Assembly (NCBI GenBank): GCA_038496445.1
Contig: JALMLS010000332.1
Location: forward strand, 62,001-126,000
Source: Trichosphaerium sp. ATCC 40318
Lineage: Eukaryota > Protista > Tubulinea
Length of the DNA stretch: 64,000 nt
Direction of reading: 5' to 3'
Of this stretch, positions 22,444 through 35,890 are shown piece by piece. The notes beneath the pieces were generated by a model. That model worked only from the letters and a program-made list of their open reading frames with translations. It was not told the origin of the DNA and searched no databases. The position numbers and the translations under genes were made by a program. The stretch's first letter is position 1. Each line of letters starts with the position of its first letter.

Positions 22444-25400
22444 ATGGCAGGACAACTAATCAACCTGCGCGTGTACGTAGTACAACAAGATCAATTCAAA
22501 ACCATGCGGTTCGGCCAAGACATAGCCATTGGTGAAATATGCAAAGAGATCCGTGAACGAACCAATACAGGTGGTGCTGACCACGGTTTGTACCAACCAG
22601 GCGTTGCCGGGCGCTCTAAACCACGGTGGTTGAATAACAGACACTGTCTGCGGTTCTATGATGTTACAAGCGGGGTACGCATTCTGGCGCTAGTTGTGGG
22701 TCTTCCAAGCGTTCTTAACGTTAGGAGAGTTGTACTGGGTTTAATTTGTGCAGATCTCTAACACTTCGTTACTTGTAGGTAGAAGTCCACTACAAGAAGA
22801 AACATAGACCTCTACGCGTAACACTACAAGATGAGACAACAAAAACAGTGTTAATTGATGATTCTGCTACTGTTGACAAGATCACGGAGGTAGTCTGTAA
22901 AAAGATTGGTATTAATAATTCAGAAGAGTACTCGCTCAAGCGGTTAACCAAAGCTCCTGTCAATCTCAAAGGGTCCAAAAAATCAAAGGCAAAAACAGCA
23001 AAAACAGCAAAAACGACAAATCAAGCTCCAAAATGTACGTTAGGATGAGATGTAGTATTATTCTTACGTGTATAAATAGTTGTTTGGCTTCAAGCTCAAC
23101 AAACACTCCATGAACAGGGTGTTAGCGATGATGACGTTCTCAAATTAGAGAAAAAATACTTTTACACAGATGCCAACATAGATCGTAGCGATCCTGCGCA
23201 GTTACACTTTGTTTACGTCCAAGTACGGCTTTGAATAAAATTCTTTTTTTTTTTTTTTTTTTGGAAAACAGTACGTTTTTATTAACATCTTTGTAACTTA
23301 GATGAAAAACAATATTGTTGAAGGAAAGTACCCTGTTAGTAAAGATGAGGCAAGAGATCTAGGTGCCCTTCAATGTCAAGTTGAACATGGTAATCATAAC
23401 CCGTCAAGACATGTGCCAGGGTTTCTACCGTAAGTTAATTTTTTTTGGCACTTCATTTTTTTGGCCTTCCTGAGCTTACCTTACTATTAGACGTAATGAA
23501 TACTTTCCTCCTGCATACCGAAAGAATAAGGCATTAGAAGGAGAACTCTATGTAGCCCATAAAAAATACACTGGTATGTCTCAAGTAAACGCAAAGTACC
23601 GTTACGTACAATTGGTTCGTTCATTGAGTACATACGGTATTACTTTCTTCACTGTCAGAGTACGTCCTTTTTTTACACTTTAATTTTCTTTTCTTTTATC
23701 ACTTCGTCTCCTTGAGACTACAACACTTGTTAGTGTCATGATCAGCCTACATTACAAGTCATTTGTTCTCTTTTTTTTTTTCTTCTTTTGCGTGAATTCA
23801 ATGTATTTGAGTGCTTACTGTTGCCACTAAAGGAGAAAGGAAGTGGTTCAAAGAAAGGAAAACATATCCCTGTACACTTGGGTATCACAAGAAGTGAAAT
23901 CTTGCGTCTATCTACTGATACAAGACAAATTCTATCCAAACAACCTTTAAATCATTTAAAACGTTGGGCTGCTACGAATACTACATTCACTTTTGATTAT
24001 GGTGATTATGAAACTGACTACTACACTGTACAAACAAAAGAAGGTGAAGCTATTTCTCAACTTATCGCTGGTTACATTGATATCATCTTGAAAGCAAGAC
24101 AAGGTATGTTTTGGTTTTTTTTTTGCTTTTTTTTTCGCTTGGTTGGATTTTTTTGTTGTTTGTTATTTAACTTGCTGTAGACGCTGCAAAATTCGTTGAA
24201 GAGGATGATGTTCAATTTGGTAAAGAAGAAGGCTTTGATAACATGAGGGGTATTGCAACACAAAGTGTTATTCAGAGTTTTACACAAGGACTTGATCAAC
24301 TCCCTATGGGACAAATGGTTATGAATCCTGGTCAAGTTGGTATACCTGGTTCTTCTCTTCAACAATCTGGTGGTATTTCTAAAATGCCTCTTTCTCCTTC
24401 GCAACAAGTCAATATTATTGATTTGAACAGCGCTCACCACGCCGCTAGCCTCTTAGCTAAAGGTATGATGTTACTCTAAACATTTCATTAAGCTAATACT
24501 TTTTATTAGAGCTAGAAAAAGGTATTGAAGGTTGGGAGAACTTGAGCAACTTGAGTGCAGATAAATGGAAGGATCAACTTGTTAATCACGCAAACGCTGT
24601 CGATCAAGATGTTGCTGATCTCTTAAATGCTGCTTCTGTAAATCCAAGCCAATTGAGCAAGGTGAGTTGTTTACAAAAAGGTAATTATTTTCCTAACACC
24701 AAACTATAGCAAAAACTCGATAATGTTGCCAAAAAACTGGCACAAGATATGATCAAATTAGCTTCAGCAGCACGTAGTTGTGCTGCCGCTGGTGGCGTAG
24801 ACCTCTCAGTTATAGATGGCGCCAAAGCAGTAGCAGACGCCATTGCAGAAATGTTAAAATGTAAGATCTTTAACAGTATTGTAAATCAAACTCATCAAAT
24901 TCTTAGGCACTGAAGCACTTGCAAACAACCCACATGATCCAAAGACACGTGCTGCTTTAGATCGTGCAAATAAAAAGGTTCAAGATGCCACTCTACTTCT
25001 CCAAAATGCTGTAGCTGGTAACATTACAGACCCAGAGACACAAAAACTTGTTCTCGCTGCCGCTAAGGTAATTTTTTTTTTTGATGATTTTTTTTCTTAC
25101 AAACCTTTGTAGTCATTGGCAAGCAATATTGACGCGCTCAATGGATCTGCAAAGAAGGCTTTACCTACAATGAAAGATGGTCAAGCTATGCGTGATACTG
25201 TTCAAAGAGGAAAAGCTGTAATCGCTGCTAAAGATGCTCTTCTTAATGCTGCGAATACATTGGCACCTGCAACTGTTGATAGAAAGGTTCAAAAACACCT
25301 TGGCGATGTAGCACGGTACGTAGCCTTTTTTTTGTTTTTGTCTTTTATTGTTTTGGCTTGTGTCTGATGTTGTACTAGTGGCTTAAAGGATGCTGCACTT

Positions 25401-28400
25401 GGTATGGTTTCTGGTATGAAACCACATATTCATGATCCACACTTGTCTACTCTCAACCACGAGGCTCTAGCTGTTGCTGATGCACTTGCAAATCTATTAA
25501 ATTCGCTTGATACTGCTGAAAAGAAGAATTCTGGTGTAGGCGCAGAGTTTACTGCTCCATTAGAGAAACTTGTTTCTGCTCTTACACACTTGCGTGCAAA
25601 TCCTAATGAAAAGTCTCAAATCTTATCTTCAACCAAGAACGCCGTAGGCGCATCTAACGCCATGATTGCTAGTGCCAAAAAAATGGCTCAATCGACTAAG
25701 GATCCTCAAGCCAAGGAACGCTTGATGCGTGCTGTACGTTGTTCTTTTTTTTTTCTTTTTTTAGTGCTTATTTCTCTGTTAGGCTAAAGCTGTAGCAAGT
25801 GCTGTAAGCGGGTTTGTAGGATCTGCTAAAGCAGCTGCTGCTGATCCAAACAACAAGCAAAAGGTTCAAGCTATGCTTCATGAAGCTCAGCGATTAGAAA
25901 CAAACGCTCAGAGTCTTGTTGGTGATGCTGGAAAGTCTGCAGCTATTAATGCCTTGCGTGCTGCAGCAAAATCTGCAGCAGCTAATACACTCAACTTGAC
26001 AGCAGAAGCCAAGTCTTCTTTCCCATACTTGGGAACAGACGCAAAGCGTGAAGTTGCTCAAGATATTGTGAAGGCTGAGAAGGGTGTTAATGATATGCTT
26101 GGTACGCCTTAGATAGTATTATAGCCTCTTTGTTATATGTAGTTATTAACACCCTTTGTAGATGCACTCGCTAAAGCATCAAAGAACCCTGATGACACAG
26201 CTTTGCAAAATAGATTACTTGACTCTTCACAGAAGAATATCTTCCCTCTATCTGCTGTTGTTGCAAAATCAAAACGTGTTGCTCCTGGTATCAATAATGC
26301 AAATAGAAAACAAGCTTTGGCTATGGCTGCAGCAAACTGTGGTGACGCTATTCAGTGTACGCTCTTTTTTACTTTCCCTCTTTTTTTTTGATTTTTGTTT
26401 CACGTGATTTTCTGACTTTTTACTTTTAGCTCTAATGGCTGCTTGTAAACAATTTGGTAACGTTCAAGGTGTCCAAGGTGTTAGTGACGCATTGGATCAA
26501 TTTGATGCAACAAACGCTGATTTAGAAGCAGCTGTATTTGCTGCTAATCAAGGTTTGCTTAAAGCAAACCCTGGTATCGAAAGAGATCAAGCTATAGAAT
26601 TATTGGTACGCAAACCAACCTCTTTTAATGGTCAGCTGTTTCTAAACGTATTTTAGGATCAATCCATCAAAAAGTTAAAACCTAGCCTTACTGGTGTTGA
26701 AAACGCTGCTTTGGGCCGTGGTGGTAAAGTAGGCGCTTCAGCCAAGGATGCTGCTCTAAAGAGCGCGAATGTAACGGGTGCTGCAAAGACAGTAGCTTCT
26801 ACTGCACCTGATCGTTCTACACAAAAGAAAATATTAGCTGCAGCGAAGAATGCTAATAACAGCGTTCAAGATTACGTCTCTGCTGCTCGTGGCTTAGCCA
26901 CAAACCGTACAGACCCTTCATTAAAGGATGCTCTTGCTAAAGCTAAGAGAAACGTTGAGGGAGCTCTTGCTGATCTTATGGCTGTATCTCAAGGTCTTGA
27001 TCAAGGAGACATAGATGATGCTATCAACGTAAGTTTTTGAATCGAGTTGGAAAAGTTCATGTGGATAATAGACTTACTTTTCTTCCTAGTCGATTCTCGA
27101 TGCTGGTAATAACCTTGGTCCTATAACACCAATGCCTAATGCTCCTTCTCATAAGAAAGGGTGTTCTGCACTTGCTGCTACAACAAAAGCTCTAAATGCC
27201 GCTATATCCTCACTTGTAGTTACTGCCAAGACAAAGCCAAAGAATCTTGGACCAGCAGCTAGAATGACAGCTCAACAAGTAGTATCTCTTGTTGATGCTG
27301 CAGAAGTTGCCGCAAAATCAGCACCAAACAAGCAAAGAGCCGATAAATTCGTTATGGCTACTAAGAACCTCGCTAGTACGTTCTAGTCTTCTTGTACACC
27401 TTAACGAGATACTTACAATGTACCTTAGATGATACAGCACAGACTATTAGAGTCGCTAAGGCTCACGCACAAGCACCATCTCAAGCTACGCTTCGTGGTC
27501 TTGTTGAACAAGCTAAGGCTTTAGCTGGTACACTGCAAGGTGTTGCAGAGCTAGCTGGTGCTACAAACAACCCAGAATGTGACTCTGCTGTTAAACAGAT
27601 TCTTGATCTTATCCGTAGCCTTGATAATCCAAACGCTAGAGTAGCACCAATGGTACGATTCTTTTTTATTGAAACACAACTAACAGTCTTTCCTAAAGGG
27701 TCAACAAGGTATCCTCAGTGCTCTTGAAGGCGCTGTTAAGGGTCTGGCCAACTCAACTGCTCATCTCGTATCCGGTGCTCGTACTGGATCAGCTGACATT
27801 GGTGGTTCTGCAAAGGAATGTGCCCTCGCTGTTAAAGATATTGTACAAGCAGCACAAGCCGCTACACAAAAGTCAGGTAGAAAGGGACCTAGCCCTGGAC
27901 CCGCACCAACACCTGGAGCTGGTGAACTTGTTAGAAATATCACAAATGCTGCCAATAATATGGAACGTGATCCAAGAGGTAATTTAGTAACGAAGTAGTC
28001 ACAAGTATTTACTAATACGTTTTGATAGATCCAAACCGTGGTAAACAAAGTGCTAAAGCTATGGCTGTAAATGCATCAAACCTTATTGGCCTGGCCAAAG
28101 GTGCTTCACAAAGACCAGGTGCTAATAAACCAGCTATCCTTAAAGCTGCTCAGCAAGTCGCACAAGCAACAGCAGCCATTGCAAATGCTGCAAAAGGTAC
28201 TGCTTTTTTTATTATTCAATTCTTCTGTCTAATATTCTATTTAGCGACCAACAGCCCTGCTGGTATGCCAAAGTTGGTTAATGCTGGTCGCGATCTAAAG
28301 CAGAAAGCAGCTGCTCTCGGTCGCGCATTGGGCGTAGGAGCTCCTCCTCGTGGTGTTAATGCAGCTTCTGCTGTTGACCCAGTAGTAGCAAAGCAACTAA

Positions 28401-31400
28401 AAGCTGCTGCTAAGACTTCTGCTATGTCTACTGCGCAATTGATTCGTGCTTCAGCAGCTGTTGCTGCAGATTCAAGTGATCGCGCTGCTACCAGCCAGGT
28501 ACGCTATTAATGATGCCTTCTTTGACAAATGACTTCCTTCTCACTCCTTTTACTAGCTATCTGGATCTTCTAAAGGATTGTCTGATGCAATCCAAGAACT
28601 CTTGAATGTATGCAAGTACCTAAACCCTGCAGTCCGTGCTTGTGATGAAGCAGAAAGAGTACTAACTGATGCATTATCTCAACTCAACACAGCCCATATC
28701 AAAGCATCTGTGGGATCACTATCAGGAGGACCACCTGGTAAATCTAACGCTGGTATGTACTTTCTTGTATTTTGGAACGATCACTTTATTAACGTTGCTG
28801 TAGAATGTCAACAAGAGCTTGTACGTGTTAGCAAGGCTATGGCTGATACAATCCCTGGTCTTGTTGGTGGTTCCAAGAAAGGACCAGGTGCTCTTGCTCA
28901 AGCTTCTAGAGCTGTACGTCTATTTGAAAGACCATGTGTAGCATTTTTTTACTTACTTGAGAATTGCTTTTAGTTGAAAGCACAAATTCCTAAACTTGTT
29001 TTGGCTACACTAAACACTGCCTCAACAACAGCTGATCCTAAAGCACAACGTGACTTGCTTGAATTATCAAAAGATTTGGCTGAGAGCATGCTTGGTCTTG
29101 TACGATCTTGCCGTGACTACAAAGCAGGCGATAAAGCTGCTCAACAAGATCTACTCACAAGATCGAAAGCAGTACGTCTCCTTTTTGAGTTTAAAGTACG
29201 TGTTGACACACCAACTAACCAATTCCTTCCCTAGACATCACTTGCTATCTCACAACTCCTCACACCGCTTCACAGTAATGTACAGCGTCTTCGTGAACTG
29301 GATGTTGCAATAAAAGCAATCATGAAAGCTCTTGGTATGTTAAATCAACGTGCAACTCCGTCAGGCCGCCCATACGGTGTTATTCAAGCTCAATTGAAAC
29401 AAAAGGTATGTGTTTAAACTATTTGATTAAGAAAAACTTGTCTTCTAACATCTCTTTAATAGGCACTTGATGTCGCCATGACAGCGTCTAATTTACATTC
29501 TGCTGACAAGACGGATCTTGCTCGTATCTGTGCTGAAGCAAAAGACCTTGGTGACTCTGTACCTAAGATGGTTGTCATTGGTCGTGATGCTATTGCATCA
29601 ACAAATGAAGTTCAAGCCAAGAGTACGTTTTTCTATTGCAAAAAAAACAGTTTTTTTGTCGAACGGTGTCCTTACTTATTCCTTTTTAGAGCAAATATCG
29701 GCTGCTTCAGCAAATGTTGGTAAAGCCCTCTTAGGTCTTATCAGCGGAGCAAAGAAGGTTGGTAACAACCCACGTGACACAGCTGCCTCTCAAGGCATGT
29801 CAAACGCATTTAAAGCTGCATCAAAGGCTATATCTGCTTTGATTACAGCTGTTGCTGGAGGTGATACTACAATGAAGTATATGGACCAAGCATACAAGGT
29901 TATTGGTGCAGCAGTTCAAAAACTAGCCCAAGATTCCATCATGGCTCAAGCACAACAGCTCCAAGCAGGTCCAAAGGCTAAGGCAGCTCCTATGTCTGCT
30001 TTATTGAACGCTTTATCGAATACATCAAAGAAGGTAGCTGCTGCTTCAAAGAACTTGTCACAAGCCGCAAATATGACACCAGAACAACTTGGTAAAGCTG
30101 CTCAAGATGTTGCTAGAGCTGTTCGTATTATGGGTAATGTTGCTCATGATACTGCTACAAAACTACCTGATATTGTTGCTCAACAGAATCTATTGTCTTC
30201 AGCAAAGCAACTCGGTGTTACTGCACAACAACTCATCAACTCTGCAAAGGATATCTCAGCAGATAAGACAAACGAAGCTGCACGAAGAGCTCTTAGTGAT
30301 ACAATCAACTCTATCTCTAAAGGAGTAGAAGGATTGATTAGTACAGCTCAGACATCAGTAAACGAATCAGCTAGAGGTGAAAGAGAGTTAGATAGCGCCA
30401 TGAGAAACATTGAGGCTCTTCTAAGACAAACACCAAACGAACCAAATGCTACAGCCGAAGGCGTAGCTGAAGGAGCAACTGTACGTTCTCTCTTTTTGCC
30501 TTTCTTTTACTTACTATCTCTTCAAGGAAATGACAACAGCTGTTGCTCAACTTGTGTTTGCTATGAGCCAAGAAGAGATTATAAACGGCGCAAAAGCAGC
30601 TCTTAATGGAACAATGAACTTGCTAAAGCAAGGTTCTGGTGTTAGGAAACTAACTCAAAGAGCTGATGTTAAAGATAAGCTTCTGGGTTCTACTAGAAAA
30701 GCTGCACAAGCTATGATTCAGTTCTTGGATGTTTGCAAGGTTGATAGAAAAGATCAAGCCAATCAAGTCAAACTTGAAGACGCATCAACATCTGTAACAA
30801 TACTCATGTCAGATGTAATCTCTGCAGTTAATCTATTGCCAAATACAGAAGTATCTGTTGGAAAGGGAGACGATCTTGAGTCTGTTGCTGAGAAGGAACT
30901 CTCTGCTGCTGCCAAGATTATCGAGAACGCTGCTAAGACGCTATTGAACGCCAAGAGCGAACATACTGCTCCAAGTATTGATGGTATCATCAATGAAGAC
31001 GTACGCTTTAAAAAAACTTTCTTACTTTCTCTCTCTTTGTTGATATCTAACTTGTACTCTTCTAGAATATCACTGATGCTATCCTTGATGCTGCACGTGC
31101 TATTGCTATGGCCACAGGAACACTTGTTGTGTCTTCTGCTGCTGCACAGAAGGAACGTGTCGCTAAAAACCTCGCTACTGGAGGTAAACGTTACAGAAAT
31201 GATCCTACATGGGCCAATGGTCTTATTTCTGCTGCAAAATATGTCGCTGGTTCTGTACAAATGCTTGTAAGAGCATCTAATGCAGCTGTTGAGGTACGTT
31301 GTTTACAGAAGCTCGAAAAGGAAAAGAAGTTAGTGTTAATGATTTTTTTAGGGTTACGCTGAAGAGTCAGCTCTTATTGCTGCTGCTGAGTCAGTAGCTG

Positions 31401-31702
31401 CAGCTACAGCTCAATTGGTTGCTGCTTCTAGGGCTAAAGCTGATCCTAACTCACAGACACAGCAGAAGCTACAAAGAGCTGCTGGTACTGTTACTAAAGC
31501 TACAACAGCTTTGGTAAAGGCAGCAAAACAGGCAGCAGATTTCCTCGAGGAACAAAAAGTTGTCGAAGAATCAACTGCATTCGGACTCACAAATGCACAA
31601 GTTCAAAAGATGGAAGCACGTACAAAGGTGTTGGAGTTGCAAAGGCAGCTTGAGATGGCACAAAAAGAGCTATCACAGATCAAAAAGCAAGAGTACAAGT
31701 AA
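22444..31702 (+). CDS. TLN: Talin (FERM F0-F3 head, Ala-rich helical rod, C-terminal I/LWEQ actin-binding domain); about 30 introns
   Basis: KTMRF..., KKKHRPLRV, KKYFYTDANIDRSDPAQLHFVYVQ, AKYRYVQLVRSLSTYGITFF, KRWAA..TFTFDYGDY...EGEAISQLIAGYIDIILK, and DPTWANGLISAAKYVA...AQLVAASRAKAD...KMEARTKVLEL. No villin headpiece. Confidence 0.97.
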
Positions 31703-32269
31703 AAAACGAAAAAAAAGAGAAAAAAGAAAGAACCTCCATGTGCTTCTTTCTTTTAAAACCATTTTTTTTTGTATTGTAGATAAGGGATTTTTTTACCATC
31801 CCGACCCACCCCTCACTCTTGTTCGTCCATAAAATAAAGTTAAATAGTTATTTCGTTAGAACTTCGAGTGTTGTGTTGCTCGTAGAGCATTGCTAGTGTA
31901 CATCAAAATAAATGGTTGCCGTAGCAGTGGAAATGATTGTTAACTTGAATTTCGAATTATATTAAAGCAAGTACTCTGACTAATCTCCTAGCTTGTAACG
32001 CCTGTGCGTGTGAAGTATAACTATCGACTGCTGAAAAAATATACGGGTTGTTTTCGCACGTGGGTACAGCTATTCAAACAAATTCCTTCCAAGCAAATTG
32101 GCTTTAAGCTTATTGGCACTACATAGTCTCAAAAAAGAACAGTATTTGGCTTATTTTAGTCGCAGCTTTAATATTAAACTCCAATAAGATACCAAACACT
32201 ACAACCTTCTTGAGACTGTCATTGAAAGCGCTTACAACTATTAAAAACCAAAACTTTTTTGTAAATGAA

Positions 32270-33085
32270 ATGTCAACATCACGTGTTTGCTTGTTATTAC
32301 AGGCTCTTCCACTTGAAATACAGCTTGATATTTTAGATATTGACTACGAAATCTATCTAATTTGGCCCTCTCTATCGAAACAAACAGCCAAAACAACAAG
32401 GTTCGATTCTGAGTTAAGAAAACAAGGAAAGTGGATACAAAAAACAAAAACCGGGAAATCTTCACACAAGAAGAAACGTCAGGCTTATTGGAAACATGGT
32501 AATCTTGATGGTCAATATATAATATGGTACAAAGAAGGTCAAATACATGAAGACTGTCATTACATTGAAGGTAAACGAGAAGGAGAACATAGAATCTTGT
32601 ACAAGGATGGTAAGATAGCAAAGTTAGTTAGTTACTCAAATGGAAAAAAACAAGGTGAATGTAAGTGTTGGCACGTGAATGGAAAATTGTTTAGTAGATG
32701 TTATTACATTGATGATAAAAAAGATGGTGAATATTATACATGGAGTTATGAAGGTAAAAAAATGACTATGACACAGTATTTAGAGGATAAACGACATGGT
32801 AAGTATAGAAGATGGTACGAGAATGGACAATTACGTGAGTATTATCACTTTATGGATGATAAAAGACAAGGAGAATACAAGGCTTGGTACGAGAATGGGC
32901 AAATAAAAAAGAATAGCCACTATGTCAACGATTTTCTAGAAGGAGAGTACAAGTATTGGAACAAGAATGGTCAAATCCTTAACCACTCTAACTATGTACA
33001 TGGAAAACTGCAAGGATTATACAAGAGTTGGAATGAAGATGGACGTTTAAGACAGAGCATGCATATACGTGGATCTCATTCATAG
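32270..33085 (+). CDS. Intronless MORN-variant (YwqK-like) repeat protein with an F-box-like N-terminus
   Basis: Probable ATG at 32270. LQALPLEIQLDIL...WPSLSK is followed by about 8 repeats of GxYxxWYxNGQ-x5-YxxxK. Confidence 0.85.
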   Translation: MSTSRVCLLLQALPLEIQLDILDIDYEIYLIWPSLSKQTAKTTRFDSELRKQGKWIQKTKTGKSSHKKKRQAYWKHGNLDGQYIIWYKEGQIHEDCHYIEGKREGEHRILYKDGKIAKLVSYSNGKKQGECKCWHVNGKLFSRCYYIDDKKDGEYYTWSYEGKKMTMTQYLEDKRHGKYRRWYENGQLREYYHFMDDKRQGEYKAWYENGQIKKNSHYVNDFLEGEYKYWNKNGQILNHSNYVHGKLQGLYKSWNEDGRLRQSMHIRGSHS

Positions 33086-33266
33086 GGACAACAGCCAGCT
33101 TATGCTCATACAAACAAGTCCAGTAGATTTTGTTCAAACCAGAGGTAATAAATACACAGTCAATGCAGCAAATGTTAACTCTTTGAACAAAGCAAGTTGT
33201 CTGTCGTGTACCTTTAATTGCTACAGTAGCAATAAACAACAATGTTAACTATACACTATGACTTGC

Positions 33267-33514
33267 TCACAGGACACACGAGCACGACATTGAATCCCAA
33301 AAATCGTCATCAAAATCGTAGAATTGTTTTGTCCTCGGAGAAGGACCACACATTGCTTTGATATATTTGTCATCTGTTTAACAAAGTTAAAGCATTAGAA
33401 CACGCTTCGAACTGTTTGTTTGTGTCATTACACATTACATCTAAGAACGCTTCCGGAGTTAAAAGTACACTCCTGTTGAACTATTCTTGTTCTTCTCACA
33501 TGTGGTTTACACAT
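33267..33514 (-). CDS. Candidate 2-exon microprotein of about 60 aa with a Cys-containing C-terminus
   Basis: One GT-AG intron (about 33376-33438) gives MCKPHVRRTRIVQQECTFNSGSVLRYDKYIKAMCGPSPRTKQFYDFDDDFWDSMSCSCVL*. Confidence 0.4.
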
Positions 33515-33847
33515 AGACACTAACGCCTTATGATGCATTATAGGAATACACGCCAAAAAAAGCTTCGTAGTTAATTGTACGTCACGTGACTCAAAGTGAA
33601 GTAAAAAAAGGATATGTTCACAAAGAAATTCGGAACTTCGCCAAAAAAACACCGATGTTATCGGCCCTTAGGAAAAAAAAAAACCTCTCGTAGTATTTAA
33701 CAATACACTTAACTCCACTTTTTATTGTTAGTTTATCTCTTTTCTTTTAATAGAATACAATTACATTATCTACAAGTTTTTTTTTTGGGTTTTTTTTCAC
33801 CCAAACATTTTACAGGTTTTTTTTTGCTTTGTTCAGCGCCTTCTCCA

Positions 33848-35027
33848 TTACTGTGAGAACGCCCTACGTAGCTGTTTTCTAGACCTTTGTCTCTTCTGTC
33901 TCTTCTCTTGTAACAACTCGAATAATTTTACGGTCTCTCTTGGTGTACTGAGCTCGACTGGCAAGTGATTACGTTTCTTTTTATATCCATTGCTTGAAAT
34001 AAATCCAGGGAATACATCATACCGTAAGATCCTCGTTATTTCTTCGCTAGCTTCTAAAAACAAGGTTAAGATAAAACACAGTCTAACGTTGCTTTGGTAC
34101 CATCGTATAGCGATCTAGGGCTTTTGCTTAGATCTCGTACAATGCTCTAAAAAGGAGATTAACACTTACAAAAAAAATTATAGATGCGAACCTTTCGGAT
34201 CGAGTACGAAATATTTATTGGGTCACGTGCTGTATTTTTATCAATAAACGTCTGGTGTATCTTCTCAGCAAACTTTCGACGCGCTCTGCTTCCATCCATA
34301 AGACGATAAATTCCTATTTTGAAAATTTTTTTAGAGTCTTTTTTTGTCACTTGAGGTAGGTTCTAACGTACCAACAGATACCAAAAAAGAAACACTCTCG
34401 GCTGTATGCCTCTCATGAGCGTACTCTCGAAATAAAATAAATAGTCTGCTATCTGCAAAGATCTCTGTCCATCTTGGTTCCTTTGTTGATGATACCTTTA
34501 AAAACCTTCTAGATTTACGGGTCTTTGATGCGCGTAAGTCCCTACTATACAAAGATTAGTTTTTATCCAACACACATCGAGAAATTAGAAAAGTTTAAGT
34601 TCAGAAAAAAAAAATCTCGACTCTTTTTTTGGTGAAGTTTTTTTTTTGGTTCTTTTACGCACGTGATAGCTTGTTTTTTACATTCCTCTTGCCTCTTTTT
34701 CCATTTATTACGTGTAGAGTCTAAACGAGCCAAAGATTTTGAGCGAAATTGGTTTCTCTGCTTCTTTTTGCTTTGTTTTTTCTCTTTCTTTGAAGAAGAA
34801 CTCTCCTTTGTTGTTGTAGTCTCAATTGATTCTATTACTGTATTTTTTTTTTTACTTCTTTTTGGACGAGAATAAGCTCCTGTTTGAACAAAAATATTAG
34901 GAGACACAACACTCACACACAAAATTACTTCCAAAATAGATGGTTTTAACAACCAGCTAATTGTATTTTAAAGTTAAAAATAATTGAACGTACTTCTTAT
35001 GATTGCAAAAAAAGCCAGCGATGCCAT
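33848..35027 (-). CDS. RGS (regulator of G-protein signalling) domain protein with a basic N-terminal region
   Basis: LFREYAHERHTAESVSFLVSV, AEKIHQTFID...DPINIS and ASEEITRILRYDVFPGFISS match RGS helices. Confidence 0.85.
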
Positions 35028-35890
35028 CTAGTATTCCTTTTGATGGAACTAAAACCAGGCTTTGTATATTATAGAAGTAATTGTTTGTTCTCCGACAGCT
35101 GTTTGTCCGGTGCGTATTGCGTTACAATAGTTAAATAATGATCGAAATTTCACATAATTTTTGTCCTTCTAGCGCTATAAAAAAAACTCTAAATCACGTG
35201 ACCCTTTACCTACACGCGTAAACTCTATTTAAAATTTTTTCGCAGTGCTTGCCGTACACGATCTGACGCACAGCGCTCGCAAGTGCTTTTCGAAAAATAA
35301 TAAAACAATCTGAATAGCTTTGTTTCAAAATTTCGCGACCTGCAGTTTATTTAACTGCTCAAACCCTTTTTTAGTAACTAATACAAACGCCACGGGAAAC
35401 ACCTTTCTTGTTTATAGACTCCCGCCTTACCATACATTACATTAAACTCAATAGCTCATCAATCAATAGATTGAACCGTTCGACAAGGCACTAGCGGTTT
35501 TTTTTTTTTTTTCATCGTCACGTGCTGTTTACACTGTGGAACTGCCGGGTTGGATTCTTAGCTATAACGAACCCAACATTTCCGTTATTCAGTGGGTGTC
35601 ACTGAAATCATGCGAAAAAGCAAAGGGTTTAGCGATGGGCACATAAAAGGAGGTTTTAAGGTTTTTGCGTTACCGGTTATTTTATCATTCAGCGATTGAC
35701 AAATTCTTTTGTTAAAACACCAAAAAGGGGCCTTTTGTTATTTACAATCTATGTACAAATATAAGAGCTACACCAACACGTGATTAAGCAGTTCGCCTGT
35801 TGATCTTTTTTTTTTTCTTAATTCTTTTTCGCCTTTGTTTTTTTTTTCTGTTCGCCAAGATGACTTGAAGTTCTCTTTGTGTTGTTATAA

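Noticed and set aside
33267-33290. CaaX prenylation box on the candidate microprotein
   Set aside because: It ends C-S-C-V-L, with Cys at -3 and -5 rather than -4.
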